The position numbers and the translations under genes are program-made. DNA of 64,000 bases, from contig JBDHXV010000001.1 of the NCBI GenBank assembly GCA_039810885.1, forward strand, positions 13,527-77,526, in the 5' to 3' direction. Below, in pieces: positions 1 through 10,201 of this stretch (position 1 is its first letter; each line of letters opens with the position of its first letter). Below the pieces are notes generated by a model that had not been told where the DNA came from, searched no databases, and worked only from the letters and a program-made list of their open reading frames with translations. Source of the DNA: Chitinophagales bacterium (GTDB lineage: Bacteria; Bacteroidota; Bacteroidia; Chitinophagales; UBA10324).

Positions 1-223
1 CATTCAATGCTGCAACAAACTTGTTGAAGTCTTCTTTATACAAAAAGATTTTGTGTTTCTCATAAGAATCATCTGGACGTTTCTTGCTTTCAGTGATTGT
101 GAGATAATAATCATTCTGCTTTGTTGTTCTTACATCGAAGAAATAAGTTCTGCGACGTCCTGCCTTTAGTCTGAATGAATAAACTGCATCCGACTTTTTG
201 TTAAAATTTCTTTCGTTTTCCAC
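1..223 (-). CDS. PUR-family (DUF3276) DNA/RNA-binding protein, 3' end truncated by window edge
   Basis: Not in the ORF track. Manual translation from GTG at 223 gives MENERNFNKKSDAVYSFRLKAGRRRTYFFDVRTTKQNDYYLTITESKKRPDDSYEKHKIFLYKEDFNKF..., with the RTYFFDV, YLTITES and KIFLYKEDF motifs. Confidence 0.88.
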   Translation of the reverse strand, partial: MENERNFNKKSDAVYSFRLKAGRRRTYFFDVRTTKQNDYYLTITESKKRPDDSYEKHKIFLYKEDFNKFVAALN

Positions 224-252
224 GGGTATGTTTTTGAGTTTTTTGCTTGTAG

Positions 253-260
253 CAAATATA
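253..260 (-). promoter_or_regulatory. Bacteroidota sigma70 -7 box (TATATTTG) for the PUR gene
   Basis: Matches TAnnTTTG about 30 nt upstream of the GTG start. Confidence 0.55.
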
Positions 261-289
261 TAGGAAAGTGATTTAGATTTTCAATACAT

Positions 290-2074
290 CTATTCTGAAC
301 TGTAAACCTCTTCCGACTTATGGCTATACAATTCAAAATAAGCTCCACGCCGCATCATCAATTCTTCATGTTTTCCCTGCTCTATTATTGCCCCGTCTTT
401 CATTACAAGGATCTGGTTAAAATCGCGAATGGCCGATAAACGATGTGTTACCAACACAATGGTACCTTGTATGCGTTCTGTAAGATTTTTCATCAGTCGT
501 TCCTCTGTAGTGGCATCTACCGCGCTTAATGCATCATCAAGAATTAAGATATTCGGCTTTTTAGATAAAGCACGCGCTATAGCCAAGCGCTGCTTTTGCC
601 CACCCGACAAGGTCACTCCCCGCTCTCCTACCCAAGTTTCATATTTTTCTTTAAATCCATTTATGTCGCTATCTAACATTGCTGCTTTAGCAAAACTTGT
701 AATATCTGTTATATCATCCTGCTCTAATCCAAAAGCAATATTGTTCTTTATAGTATCCGAAAAGATGAATACATCTTGTGGTACGTATCCGATTAACTTA
801 TGAAAACTTGCCGAATCTAGTGTTCGAATATCCTTTCCGTCAATAAACACAGTACCTGCAGTGGTATCAAATGCTCGTGCAAGAAGCATGGCTAATGTAC
901 TCTTCCCACTACCGGTCTTCCCGACAATGGCGACCTTGCTACCGGCCATTATTTTAAACGAAACCTTTTGCACGGCTTCAATTTGGGTTACAGGATAAGT
1001 AAAACTCACATCGTCAAACACGATTTCGCTTTTGAAACTGTTGATAATCTCATTTCCTGATTTCATATCGGGGTCAGCGTATAGAAACTCATTAATTCGT
1101 TGTTGAGATACATTAGCCTGTTGAATTAAAGCCGTGACCCACCCTACGGAAGCAAACGGCCAGGTGATCATATTAATGTAAATTACAAACTCAACAATGA
1201 CTCCCGGTGATATAGCACCTGACTCAACAAGTTTACCTCCAAAATAAATGGTGCTTATTAAGCTGATTCCTACTAATAGCGCAATAACTGGAAAATAAAC
1301 AGCCTCAAGTTTAACAAGCGACAATGTCCTTTTACGATAATTATTACACGCACCTTCAAACTCTCGGGTGAATACCTGTTGTCTAACAAAAGCTTTAATA
1401 ACGCGTATTCCACTATATGCCTCCTGCACATACGTATTCAAAGCAGATAATTGCTCTTGTATTGCCCTACTCTTACGTTCTACTTTACGATTGAGAATAA
1501 ATATACATACCAACATCACGGGTAAAGGAATCATACTATATGCTGCCAATTGAGGGCTGACACGAATCATCTGATAGACAACCAGCATAGTTAATATCAA
1601 GAGATTTAGAGTGTACATCAAGCCGGGGCCATAATATGTTCTTACTCTTGAAATATCTTCAGTAAGCCGTGTCATCAAATCTCCCGTATAATGTTTTTTG
1701 TAAAAAAGTACATCAAGAGATTGGTATTTTTTATATAATTCATTCTTTTGATCGTACTCGATATGCCGCGACATAACAATAACGCTTTGACGCATAAAAA
1801 ACATAAAAACACCACGCAGGATAGCAAAAAAAATAGTCAAAAATGAAAAATAAAGTACCCCTTTATAGAAATCATCAACATAAGCACCGGGAATCATTGT
1901 GAAGTCATAAGATGAAACTAGCTTAGCCTTTTTTAATACCAAATCAACACCTCCACGTACAAACACCGGACTTAAAACTCCAAATACATTAGACAGAGCA
2001 ATAAAAAAAATTCCGGCTACTAAACGATAACGATATTTATAGAGGTATTTATTAACAGAACGAAGCGCTTGCAT
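290..2074 (-). CDS. ABC exporter, fused permease/ATPase (MdlA/MsbA-like)
   Basis: N-terminal TM domain, Walker A GKTGSGKS, signature LSGGQ, Walker B ILILDD. ATG at 2074 (MQALRS) is preferred over the track's 2140. Confidence 0.9.
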   Translation of the reverse strand: MQALRSVNKYLYKYRYRLVAGIFFIALSNVFGVLSPVFVRGGVDLVLKKAKLVSSYDFTMIPGAYVDDFYKGVLYFSFLTIFFAILRGVFMFFMRQSVIVMSRHIEYDQKNELYKKYQSLDVLFYKKHYTGDLMTRLTEDISRVRTYYGPGLMYTLNLLILTMLVVYQMIRVSPQLAAYSMIPLPVMLVCIFILNRKVERKSRAIQEQLSALNTYVQEAYSGIRVIKAFVRQQVFTREFEGACNNYRKRTLSLVKLEAVYFPVIALLVGISLISTIYFGGKLVESGAISPGVIVEFVIYINMITWPFASVGWVTALIQQANVSQQRINEFLYADPDMKSGNEIINSFKSEIVFDDVSFTYPVTQIEAVQKVSFKIMAGSKVAIVGKTGSGKSTLAMLLARAFDTTAGTVFIDGKDIRTLDSASFHKLIGYVPQDVFIFSDTIKNNIAFGLEQDDITDITSFAKAAMLDSDINGFKEKYETWVGERGVTLSGGQKQRLAIARALSKKPNILILDDALSAVDATTEERLMKNLTERIQGTIVLVTHRLSAIRDFNQILVMKDGAIIEQGKHEELMMRRGAYFELYSHKSEEVYSSE

Positions 2075-2112
2075 TGACTTAAACCGGCATTTGAAACTCC
2101 GGAAAATTACCC

Positions 2113-2120
2113 TACATTTG
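2113..2120 (+). promoter_or_regulatory. Candidate -7 box (TACATTTG) for the dehydrogenase-nusB unit
   Basis: Matches TAnnTTTG in the divergent intergenic region. Confidence 0.45.
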
Positions 2121-2275
2121 CCTATAAGACGCAAAAACAAGGAAAAACCCGAGAAATGCTTCAGACCCTAACCATTCTTCAGTGCCATTTAGAAGGTTAA
2201 TTTAATGATAAGTATCTCGCAATTTTTTTGTAGTTGACTGATTTTTTTTGAACATTAAGCCTAAATAACTCTTGC

Positions 2276-3376
2276 ATGACCACCGTAGCACAAAAAGCCC
2301 CAACGACTGCCCCCACTATTTTTGAACAAATTTCTTCTTATGAACACGAACAAGTCGTTTTTTGTTATGACAAGCACAGTGGTTTAAAAAGCATTATAGC
2401 CATTCACAATACCACACTAGGGCCGGCATTAGGTGGTACCCGCATTTGGAATTACAAAAGTGACGGCGAGGCTATCTTTGATGTACTGCGACTTTCTAGA
2501 GGAATGACTTTCAAAGCCGCTGCTGCCGGTTTAAACTTGGGTGGCGGCAAAGCTGTTATTATTGCCGATTCTCATAAAGATAAAAGCGAAGCGTTGTTTC
2601 GCCGGTATGGAAAATTTGTGGACAGTCTTAACGGAAAATATATTACTGCTGAGGACGTAGGTACATCTACCGCTGATATGGAGTTTATTTCGTTGGAAAC
2701 GCCTCACGTAACCGGCGTCCCCGAGTTTATGGGTGGCAGTGGCGATCCATCGCCATTCACCGCGTATGGTGTTTTTCTTGGAGTTAAAGCATCGGCAAAA
2801 AAGGCATACGGATCTGACGATTTAAAGAATAAAAAGGTCATGGTTCAAGGTATCGGTCATGTAGGTGAAGTTTTGGTAAAGCACCTTACCGAGGCGGGTG
2901 CCACAGTGTATATCTCCGATATATATGAAGTAAGGGTTAAAGACGTAGCAAAGAAATACAACTCCATTCCCGTTGAGCCAGAGAACGTTTACGATGTTGA
3001 AATGGATATTTATAGCCCTTGCGCCTTAGGAGCTACTTTAAATGATAACACGATAAATCGTTTGAAATGCTCTGTAATAGCAGGTGCAGCAAACAACCAG
3101 CTAGAAGACGAGAAGAAGCATGGTCAAATGCTAATTGAACGTGGCATCGTTTACGCTCCCGATTTTGTAATAAATGCCGGTGGTTTAATTAACGTGGCTT
3201 CTGAACTGGATGAGTATAATCAAAATAAAGTAAAGAGTGATGTAGAACGCATTTATACCCGGGTTCTTGATATTTTTAAAATTGCAGATCAACAAAAAAT
3301 TACTACCCAGCAGGCTGCAATCTTTATGGCAGAGAAGCGCATTAAAGATGTGGCTAACTTAAGAAGTCGTATGTAA
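2276..3376 (+). CDS. Glu/Leu/Phe/Val dehydrogenase (leucine dehydrogenase-like)
   Basis: GPALGGTR, GMTFK, GGGKAVI, ITAEDVG, GIGHVG and GAANNQL motifs. Confidence 0.92.
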   Translation: MTTVAQKAPTTAPTIFEQISSYEHEQVVFCYDKHSGLKSIIAIHNTTLGPALGGTRIWNYKSDGEAIFDVLRLSRGMTFKAAAAGLNLGGGKAVIIADSHKDKSEALFRRYGKFVDSLNGKYITAEDVGTSTADMEFISLETPHVTGVPEFMGGSGDPSPFTAYGVFLGVKASAKKAYGSDDLKNKKVMVQGIGHVGEVLVKHLTEAGATVYISDIYEVRVKDVAKKYNSIPVEPENVYDVEMDIYSPCALGATLNDNTINRLKCSVIAGAANNQLEDEKKHGQMLIERGIVYAPDFVINAGGLINVASELDEYNQNKVKSDVERIYTRVLDIFKIADQQKITTQQAAIFMAEKRIKDVANLRSRM

Positions 3377-3401
3377 TTAAGTCATATTGATTAACTAAGC
3401 T

Positions 3402-4340
3402 ATGATTTCGCGCCGTAGTATCAGAATCAAATTGATGCAGGGTTTCTATACTTATGAGAAAAGCTCTGACCTCACGGAAGATAAATTGCTATATATATGT
3501 ATGCAATCTATTAACCGATTTAACGCTTTAATGCTCTTTAACCTATATATTGTCGAAAACACTTGTGCTTATGTTAAAGATTATACCGATTCTCTACGGA
3601 CTTTAAAAACACGTAAAATAAGTGATATAGAACTATCACTACGTGTTTTTGAGAATAACATTATTCGATTTATTCAAAACTCCTCTAACTACCACACCAC
3701 TTGTAAAACGGAGCACTTTGATAAAAAATTTGACTCAGACCTATTCAGAAAGTATTTTCTTGAACTTAAGAACACCGACTCCTACAATAAGTACCTACTC
3801 TCTAACCCGGCAGACTTAAAAGAGGATTATTATATTTTTAATGAATTATACAGCCACATTATTCTAGCGGATAAAGATTTTGATGGCATAATGGAAGATA
3901 TATATCCTGAATGGGCTGACGACAAACATCACATTAAAAGTATTGTGTTGGATATATTTAAACAATTAGGCAACGGAACCCAACCAAACCTTAAGGAGTC
4001 TATAGATAACCGTGACAAGAGTTTTGTTGAAAGTATGATTAATTCCTATGTTTATCACCACACCGCTATTAACGAACATATTTCTAAACGTTTGAAAAAC
4101 TGGGACGAGGAGCGTGTTGCCGAACTGGATATGATTATCATCCGTCAGGGTGTCTGTGAGTTTTTGTATCAGCCTGAGATTCCTGTAAAAGTGAGTATTA
4201 ACGAGTATTTGGAAATAGCTAAACAATACAGCACTCCCAAGAGCAGTGAATTCATAAATGGAATACTCGATGGAATTTTAAAAGACTTACGTGACCAGAA
4301 TCTTGTCAAAAAGACCGGAAAAGGCTTGGTTGAAAGTTGA
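3402..4340 (+). CDS. nusB: Transcription antitermination factor NusB (long Bacteroidota form)
   Basis: N-terminal SRRSIR; C-terminal IPVKVSINEYLEIAKQYSTPKSSEFINGILD. Confidence 0.9.
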   Translation: MISRRSIRIKLMQGFYTYEKSSDLTEDKLLYICMQSINRFNALMLFNLYIVENTCAYVKDYTDSLRTLKTRKISDIELSLRVFENNIIRFIQNSSNYHTTCKTEHFDKKFDSDLFRKYFLELKNTDSYNKYLLSNPADLKEDYYIFNELYSHIILADKDFDGIMEDIYPEWADDKHHIKSIVLDIFKQLGNGTQPNLKESIDNRDKSFVESMINSYVYHHTAINEHISKRLKNWDEERVAELDMIIIRQGVCEFLYQPEIPVKVSINEYLEIAKQYSTPKSSEFINGILDGILKDLRDQNLVKKTGKGLVES

Positions 4341-4363
4341 TTTTTTAAATACTGATTGTATGC

Positions 4364-4371
4364 TATATTTG
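4364..4371 (+). promoter_or_regulatory. -7 box (TATATTTG) for rplS
   Basis: Consensus match 23 nt before ATG 4395. Confidence 0.6.
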
Positions 4372-4394
4372 CCGTCCGCAAAAAAAATAATCCC

Positions 4395-4763
4395 ATGGAC
4401 GCAATTAAATATGTGCACGAGCAATTGACTTCTAAAAAGGAGTTTCCTAAGTTTAAAGCAGGTGATAACATCACGGTAAACTATAAAATCATTGAAGGTA
4501 ACAAAGAACGTATTCAGGCATTTAAAGGTGATGTTATTCAAATTAAAGGCAGCGGTGCTACAAAGACATTTACTGTTCGTAAAATGTCTAATGGAGTTGG
4601 GGTAGAGCGCATTTTCCCTTTCACTTCCCCTAATGTCGATAGCATCGTTTTTAACAAAGCCGGTCAGGTGCGTCGTGCCCGCATTTTCTACCAGCGCGAT
4701 CTCGTAGGAAAGAAAGCACGCATTAAGGAAAAACGCTTTAATACAGAAAAATCCGAAGTATAA
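4395..4763 (+). CDS. rplS: 50S ribosomal protein bL19
   Basis: FKAGDNITV, KERIQAF, TFTVRKMSNGVGVERIFP and VRRAR motifs. Start moved to MDAIK. Confidence 0.97.
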   Translation: MDAIKYVHEQLTSKKEFPKFKAGDNITVNYKIIEGNKERIQAFKGDVIQIKGSGATKTFTVRKMSNGVGVERIFPFTSPNVDSIVFNKAGQVRRARIFYQRDLVGKKARIKEKRFNTEKSEV

Positions 4764-4785
4764 TTAAATCAAAACATTAATACAG

Positions 4786-4820
4786 AAAGGCTGTCGGTAC
4801 TTTACGACAGCTTTTTTTTT
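4786..4820 (+). terminator. Intrinsic terminator after rplS
   Basis: GCTGTCG/CGACAGC stem followed by 9 T. Confidence 0.85.
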
Positions 4821-4834
4821 AACTATTCCCTTCT

Positions 4835-5935
4835 ATGGCAGAAAAAAGCAACAACACGTTTAATCCAAACAATCCTGCAACAAAAGATGCAAATATTTTC
4901 GGGCTTCCATTTAAAGAGAATGAATCGAAATTAATTTTGCTCCCTGTGCCTTGGGAAGCAACAGTATCTTATGCTACCGGCACGGCCGATGGTCCTGATG
5001 CCATTTTTGAAGCATCGAAACAAGTGGATTTATATGATCCCATTTTGCCGGATGGATGGAAACAAGGCATTTATATGCGCAAGCCTGATAAAGGCTTAAA
5101 AAAGATGAGTCGTCATAATCGTAAAATGGTTGAAAAGGTTATAGCACATCTTACTGCAGAAGAAATTTTGAAGACATCAGTATTAAAAAATGCTTATGAT
5201 AGAGTGAATAAAAGCTCGTCTGAGTTGAATAAATACATTTACGATCAAACCATGCAACTGCTTTCACGAAATAAGTTGGTTGGGTTGATAGGCGGTGACC
5301 ACAGTACTCCGCTCGGTTTTATCAAGGCTGTGAGTCAATATTATCAAGGCCACCCTGTGGGTGTTTTACATTTTGACGCACACATGGATTTACGAAAGTC
5401 TTATGAAGGCTTTACTTACTCTCACGCCTCTATCATGTATAATGTAATGCAAGAAACCACCGTGAGCAAATTAGTGCAAGTAGGAGTCCGAGATTATTGT
5501 AATGAAGAATTGGATTTTGTACAGAAGAATAAAAACCGAATTGAAGTTTTTTTTGACGCAGATATTAAGCGTTCATTCTTCTATGGCGAGGTGTGGCATT
5601 CGGTATGTAAACGCATACTAGATAATTTACCCGACCTCGTTTATATCAGTTTTGATATTGATAGCTTAGATCCTAAACTCTGCCCAAACACGGGAACTCC
5701 TGTTCCCGGCGGTCTTGAATTTGATCAGGCCGTTTATTTAATGAGTATGTTGGTCAATAGCGGAAAAAGAATTGTTGGCTTCGACTTGAATGAGGTTGCT
5801 CCAGGAAAAGATGAGTGGGATGCTAATGTGGGAGCGCGTTTACTATACAAGATGTGTAACCTCGCTTTAAAATCTCAAGAGCAAATACAGCCCGAGCAGA
5901 AGCCATTCGTTATTGAAAAAGAAAGTGCAGACTGA
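4835..5935 (+). CDS. Agmatinase / ureohydrolase family protein
   Basis: Metal-ligand motifs GGDHS, DAHMD and SFDIDSLDP; TGTPVPGGL. Confidence 0.88.
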   Translation: MAEKSNNTFNPNNPATKDANIFGLPFKENESKLILLPVPWEATVSYATGTADGPDAIFEASKQVDLYDPILPDGWKQGIYMRKPDKGLKKMSRHNRKMVEKVIAHLTAEEILKTSVLKNAYDRVNKSSSELNKYIYDQTMQLLSRNKLVGLIGGDHSTPLGFIKAVSQYYQGHPVGVLHFDAHMDLRKSYEGFTYSHASIMYNVMQETTVSKLVQVGVRDYCNEELDFVQKNKNRIEVFFDADIKRSFFYGEVWHSVCKRILDNLPDLVYISFDIDSLDPKLCPNTGTPVPGGLEFDQAVYLMSMLVNSGKRIVGFDLNEVAPGKDEWDANVGARLLYKMCNLALKSQEQIQPEQKPFVIEKESAD

Positions 5936-7233
5936 TGAGACCGAGACAAATACCTTATCTGCTCTATGCCGATGCAAAAGGTAAAATATTTGAAGACGAC
6001 AGTCTGCATTGTGCAGGCCGTTCGGGTAATGATATTGTCAGCTTAAAACCCGAAGATTTTATTGAACTCCCTGAAGGCAGCGATTTATATGTGTTACCAG
6101 ACCGCTACCCCATCGGGATTAATCTCAAAACAGGAGTGCCTGCTCTCTCTAAAAAGGGATTTGCTGTTAGTGCACAAATGTCTCCGGCACACACGATGCT
6201 CTTTATGGCCGCGTTTCAAAAAGCTGAGTGTGCCCAAACGTTGCCTTTGTTTGCTTATTCATGTGTAGGTTGGTTAGAGGGTAAATACTATGTAACTGCG
6301 GTGCGCATAGACCGAGACGTTCGACAAGAGCCGTTTGGCTTTGATCAAAACAAAGTAAAAGATGGAGTGGCCGATTGGTATAAAAAATATCCTGACAATC
6401 GCTTGCTGCATCATATAGGAGACAATTGCGCATTAACCTATAAATGCCCCGCCGCACGAAACTTTTTCTTAAACCGCTGGGAAGCTCCAATACCTACTTC
6501 GATGGCATGCAATGCCAATTGTGTCGGATGCATTTCCTTTCAGCCGGAAGAAGAACAGGTTCACAGTACTCAAGATCGCATTTCTTTTAAACCAAGCTCT
6601 GATGAAATTGCCCAATATGCCATTGAGCATTTGAAAACAGCCCCCTATCCTATTGTCAGTTTTGGACAAGGTTGCGAGGGTGAGCCTTTATTGATGTGGC
6701 CTACAATTAAAGAATCTATTCTTAAAATTCGAGAGCAGGTTAATAATGGGAGTATTAACTTAAACACAAATGGCAGTATGCCTAAAGCGGTTGAAGAATT
6801 ATGCAAAGCAGGATTAAATAGTATTCGTGTGAGTTTGAATAGTGTGCGCGAAGAAATCTACAATGCCTATTATCTACCCAATAATTATCGTTTTAATGCC
6901 TTGAAAAAGTCTATTCAAACCGTAAGAAGCTATGGTGGATGGGCATCTATAAACTATTTTGTTTTTCCGGGTATAACGGATGAGGTACAGGAATATGAAG
7001 CTTTACGTCATTTTATAAAAGAAACCGATTTAACGATGATTCAATGGCGTAACTTTAACATTGACCCGGACTGGTATATTGAACGCATTAGTAAAAAAGA
7101 ATTTGGTGAAACCCTTGGTGTAGAAGAAATGATGAATCGTATTCACGAAGAATTTCCTCACGTAATGTTCGGCTATTTTAATCCATCGATAGAAAAGATT
7201 GAGAAGCATATTCGTTCTCATTCTATACATTAG
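5935..7233 (+). CDS. Radical SAM protein of unknown function
   Basis: CNANCVGC (CxxxCxxC), SFGQGCEGEPL, LNTNGS and IRVSLNS motifs. TGATG overlap with the upstream gene. Confidence 0.88.
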   Translation: MRPRQIPYLLYADAKGKIFEDDSLHCAGRSGNDIVSLKPEDFIELPEGSDLYVLPDRYPIGINLKTGVPALSKKGFAVSAQMSPAHTMLFMAAFQKAECAQTLPLFAYSCVGWLEGKYYVTAVRIDRDVRQEPFGFDQNKVKDGVADWYKKYPDNRLLHHIGDNCALTYKCPAARNFFLNRWEAPIPTSMACNANCVGCISFQPEEEQVHSTQDRISFKPSSDEIAQYAIEHLKTAPYPIVSFGQGCEGEPLLMWPTIKESILKIREQVNNGSINLNTNGSMPKAVEELCKAGLNSIRVSLNSVREEIYNAYYLPNNYRFNALKKSIQTVRSYGGWASINYFVFPGITDEVQEYEALRHFIKETDLTMIQWRNFNIDPDWYIERISKKEFGETLGVEEMMNRIHEEFPHVMFGYFNPSIEKIEKHIRSHSIH

Positions 7234-7247
7234 TCCATCTTAGACTC

Positions 7248-8306
7248 CTATTTATCACTCAGCAGATTGGATAAAGCTGCCCAGCCTGGGTATTCATCTG
7301 CAAATAATTTAACGATAGCTAAAAAAGGTACAAAGAGAATCATACCGGAAACACCCCAAATTATACCTCCTATGAATATAGCAATAAGTGTTACTATAGT
7401 GTTTAAGTTAAGTCGTGTTCCAACCACATAAGGAAAAATAATATTGGCTTCAAGATACTGTACAATGCTGAACACTGCGATAACAGCAAGCGGATACCAG
7501 ATGTTCCCGTAGGTAATCCACGAAATGGAAATCGGAAGTAAGGCTCCTACCATAATGCCTACATAAGGTATAAATGTTAAGATTGCTGCAATACTTCCAA
7601 ATAAAACCGGATAAGGAATTCCAAGAATCCATAATCCGAAACTATTCAAAACAGCAACAATAGCATAAACAATGAGCATCCCCTTAATAAAGCGATAATA
7701 TGTTTGAATTACTTTATGAAGCATCGCAGTGATTCTTTTTGAATCCGTTTCAGGAAATAACAGATGTATTGATTTTAACAATTTCGCCCTTGTAGTCAAC
7801 AATAGGAATGAAAATATGGGGATGATGAATAGCATTACAACACTTGAGACTATCTGAGTTAATGAATCGCCTAAGTGGTCAAATATGCTGGAAACGCTTT
7901 GTTTAACCCGTTCGTTTATTGTACTCTCAATCACTTCTGCCGAGACGTTAAAATGCTCTTGTATATATGTCTTTAATTGATATAGACTTGCAAGCATCTC
8001 GTGTTTGAGCATTTCCCATTCTTTAAAAAAGCTACGTATCTGAAAGAAGAATAAGGTCAAAATCAACGCTATAAGGATCAAAATAAGTGATATGGAAATT
8101 AACGCTGCAACAGTGCGTGGGATTCTTAATTTTTCGATCCACACGCATATCGGATAAAGAATAAATGCAATGAGTAAACCATAGCATAATGGAATGAGTA
8201 TGGAAGATGCGAAATATAACAGCATCGAAATACTTAGAATCAACACCGCTATTGTGGTGGCCCGTATTAAAGAAGGAGTACCCATGTTTAATTCCAGAAC
8301 ATCCAA
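7248..8306 (-). CDS. AI-2E family transporter
   Basis: Polytopic membrane protein with FIPYVG, QYLEANIIFP and GMILFVP motifs. Confidence 0.85.
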   Translation of the reverse strand: MDVLELNMGTPSLIRATTIAVLILSISMLLYFASSILIPLCYGLLIAFILYPICVWIEKLRIPRTVAALISISLILILIALILTLFFFQIRSFFKEWEMLKHEMLASLYQLKTYIQEHFNVSAEVIESTINERVKQSVSSIFDHLGDSLTQIVSSVVMLFIIPIFSFLLLTTRAKLLKSIHLLFPETDSKRITAMLHKVIQTYYRFIKGMLIVYAIVAVLNSFGLWILGIPYPVLFGSIAAILTFIPYVGIMVGALLPISISWITYGNIWYPLAVIAVFSIVQYLEANIIFPYVVGTRLNLNTIVTLIAIFIGGIIWGVSGMILFVPFLAIVKLFADEYPGWAALSNLLSDK

Positions 8307-10192
8307 TTAATGATTAACTTAATACTTCGATCCGGTAAAGGCCAACCGGGAATCAAATAAGTGCCATCACTTAATAAGCCCTGTAATACATTATCTGACT
8401 TAATAATAATTCTTACTGATTTAATTTTCATGTTAATAAAAGCGTCTGCCCATAAATATTTTGAATACGGTATTGTTGATTGAGCGTAGTACTGCGATGT
8501 ATTGATGTTAAAATTATAAGGAGTAAAGTTGCCATTATTAAATACGTCCACTCCGGCTTCTAAGAGCAAGGCGCTTTTAAATAAATGATTTGCATAATAC
8601 ACAGAATGTACAGAAAAGAATGAAGGTACTTGATAAAGAGCACTGGAGTATCGTTGCCACCCGAATTGATTATCCAAATGAAAATTGCTGAAGCTAAGAT
8701 TCAACTTGAGACTGCTTTGTGTTGAGTATATCATGCCACTGACTTGAGACGGCAATGCTTGTGTATTAAAAAAGATAGGGTTCTTGATAAACACGTAACT
8801 ATGATATAAAACAATCTGACCGTTCCACACTGAAAAAGAAATTCCTGCACGTCGGAAAGTAGAAGGGTTAAAATCATTTTGCCACTCATAATGATTTCCA
8901 TGATAATGTTGTTCCATCAATGTGGGCATCGTTCGCTTGTCATCATAACGCAGATAGAGGATCCCACCGAGCAATCTATGGGCGATGTTGGCGGTAATAA
9001 AATATTCTCCCTTATTGTAATCAATGAATGAATACTCTCCTTTTAAGAACGCAAAAGAATTATTCCAGATGTTCTTTAAAAATTGACCGGGAACATTGAG
9101 CATTTGTTTTTTAACCTCAAAGCCAAGGTTTAAATTCTGAACCTGATTAATAGTGTTATTTGCGAAGCGGTATAAACTATGTTTAATAAAGAAATCTGCG
9201 ATATATGTGCGATATAAAACAGCAGTATCTAACTGTTTTTTTACTTCTGTGAGTTGATAATGAATTTCATTTTTAAGCGAGGTTACAAATAAACTATCGT
9301 GTGTGTTGTTCGCATTATAAAACACATGAGGGTAATAGGCAAAATCGCGGCGAGTGTCAGAAAATAAGTAGTTGTTTTCATTAAACTCTACTCTGTGTAT
9401 TACTCGCGAAGTCGTTATCCGTTTTTTAATCGTTAGTGTGTCATTTATTTTTTTAGTTTGTAAGCTGCCGAAATTAAAATATTGCTGTATGCTTAAATTT
9501 CGGTTAATGACGCTTGTCAGCGCACTATCAAGCTTAACGGGGACTACCATCTTTGTAATAAAAGCCGGATTGTTGAATACCGAATCTCGTGCATAGTTAA
9601 CCCCACCGTTAAAATGAATAAGCACCTTGTTTCTATAGGCACAGAAATCAATTTCATAGCGTTCATTCCTTGTTTGGAAGGATTGATGGGCTAATAGGTT
9701 TGTGTAATCTGTGCGCATATTTTGATAAATACCATCCGATCCAATACGACTGAATGCGAATCCGAAGTTGTATTGTTTGCCAATGTTCTGTGTATGATTG
9801 CCTTTAAACCATTGTTCGTTACCGCTTCCCATGAGATACTGAAGCTCGGTATAAGGCTTTCGAGTATTAAAAAACTTCACATCGTCTGCCTTATACATGT
9901 AAATATCAAAGGCGTTTAATCCTGTTTTAAATCCGATATCGTCAAAGAAATAAGGAATCAATCGGTAAGCAGGATAGCCGAGGTTCCCGGTGCTTCGCAT
10001 ATAATATTCACGCATAGCGGGATTGTATCTCTGCAGTAAATGAATTGATGTGTCAATCGTTCTATAATCTGCTTGCGACCATGTTCTATACTTTGTCCAG
10101 TTTGGATCGAAATGATGATACGTGGAATCGTCACCGATGCCAAATACTTTTATAGATGCGAAAAGAAAACTTAACAGGAGCAGAACTCGCAT
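8288..10192 (-). CDS. Putative outer-membrane beta-barrel (Bacteroidota Porin_10-like)
   Basis: Signal peptide, FFNTRKPYTEL and HTQN motifs, aromatic C-terminus INWMFWN. Confidence 0.7.
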   Translation of the reverse strand: MRVLLLLSFLFASIKVFGIGDDSTYHHFDPNWTKYRTWSQADYRTIDTSIHLLQRYNPAMREYYMRSTGNLGYPAYRLIPYFFDDIGFKTGLNAFDIYMYKADDVKFFNTRKPYTELQYLMGSGNEQWFKGNHTQNIGKQYNFGFAFSRIGSDGIYQNMRTDYTNLLAHQSFQTRNERYEIDFCAYRNKVLIHFNGGVNYARDSVFNNPAFITKMVVPVKLDSALTSVINRNLSIQQYFNFGSLQTKKINDTLTIKKRITTSRVIHRVEFNENNYLFSDTRRDFAYYPHVFYNANNTHDSLFVTSLKNEIHYQLTEVKKQLDTAVLYRTYIADFFIKHSLYRFANNTINQVQNLNLGFEVKKQMLNVPGQFLKNIWNNSFAFLKGEYSFIDYNKGEYFITANIAHRLLGGILYLRYDDKRTMPTLMEQHYHGNHYEWQNDFNPSTFRRAGISFSVWNGQIVLYHSYVFIKNPIFFNTQALPSQVSGMIYSTQSSLKLNLSFSNFHLDNQFGWQRYSSALYQVPSFFSVHSVYYANHLFKSALLLEAGVDVFNNGNFTPYNFNINTSQYYAQSTIPYSKYLWADAFINMKIKSVRIIIKSDNVLQGLLSDGTYLIPGWPLPDRSIKLIINWMFWN

Positions 10193-10201
10193 CTCTACTA
10201 C

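Noticed and set aside
2121-2275. ~150-nt leader before the leucine dehydrogenase as an attenuator
   Set aside because: There is only a weak AACC-TTCT/AGAA-GGTT stem, with no Leu-rich leader peptide or terminator.
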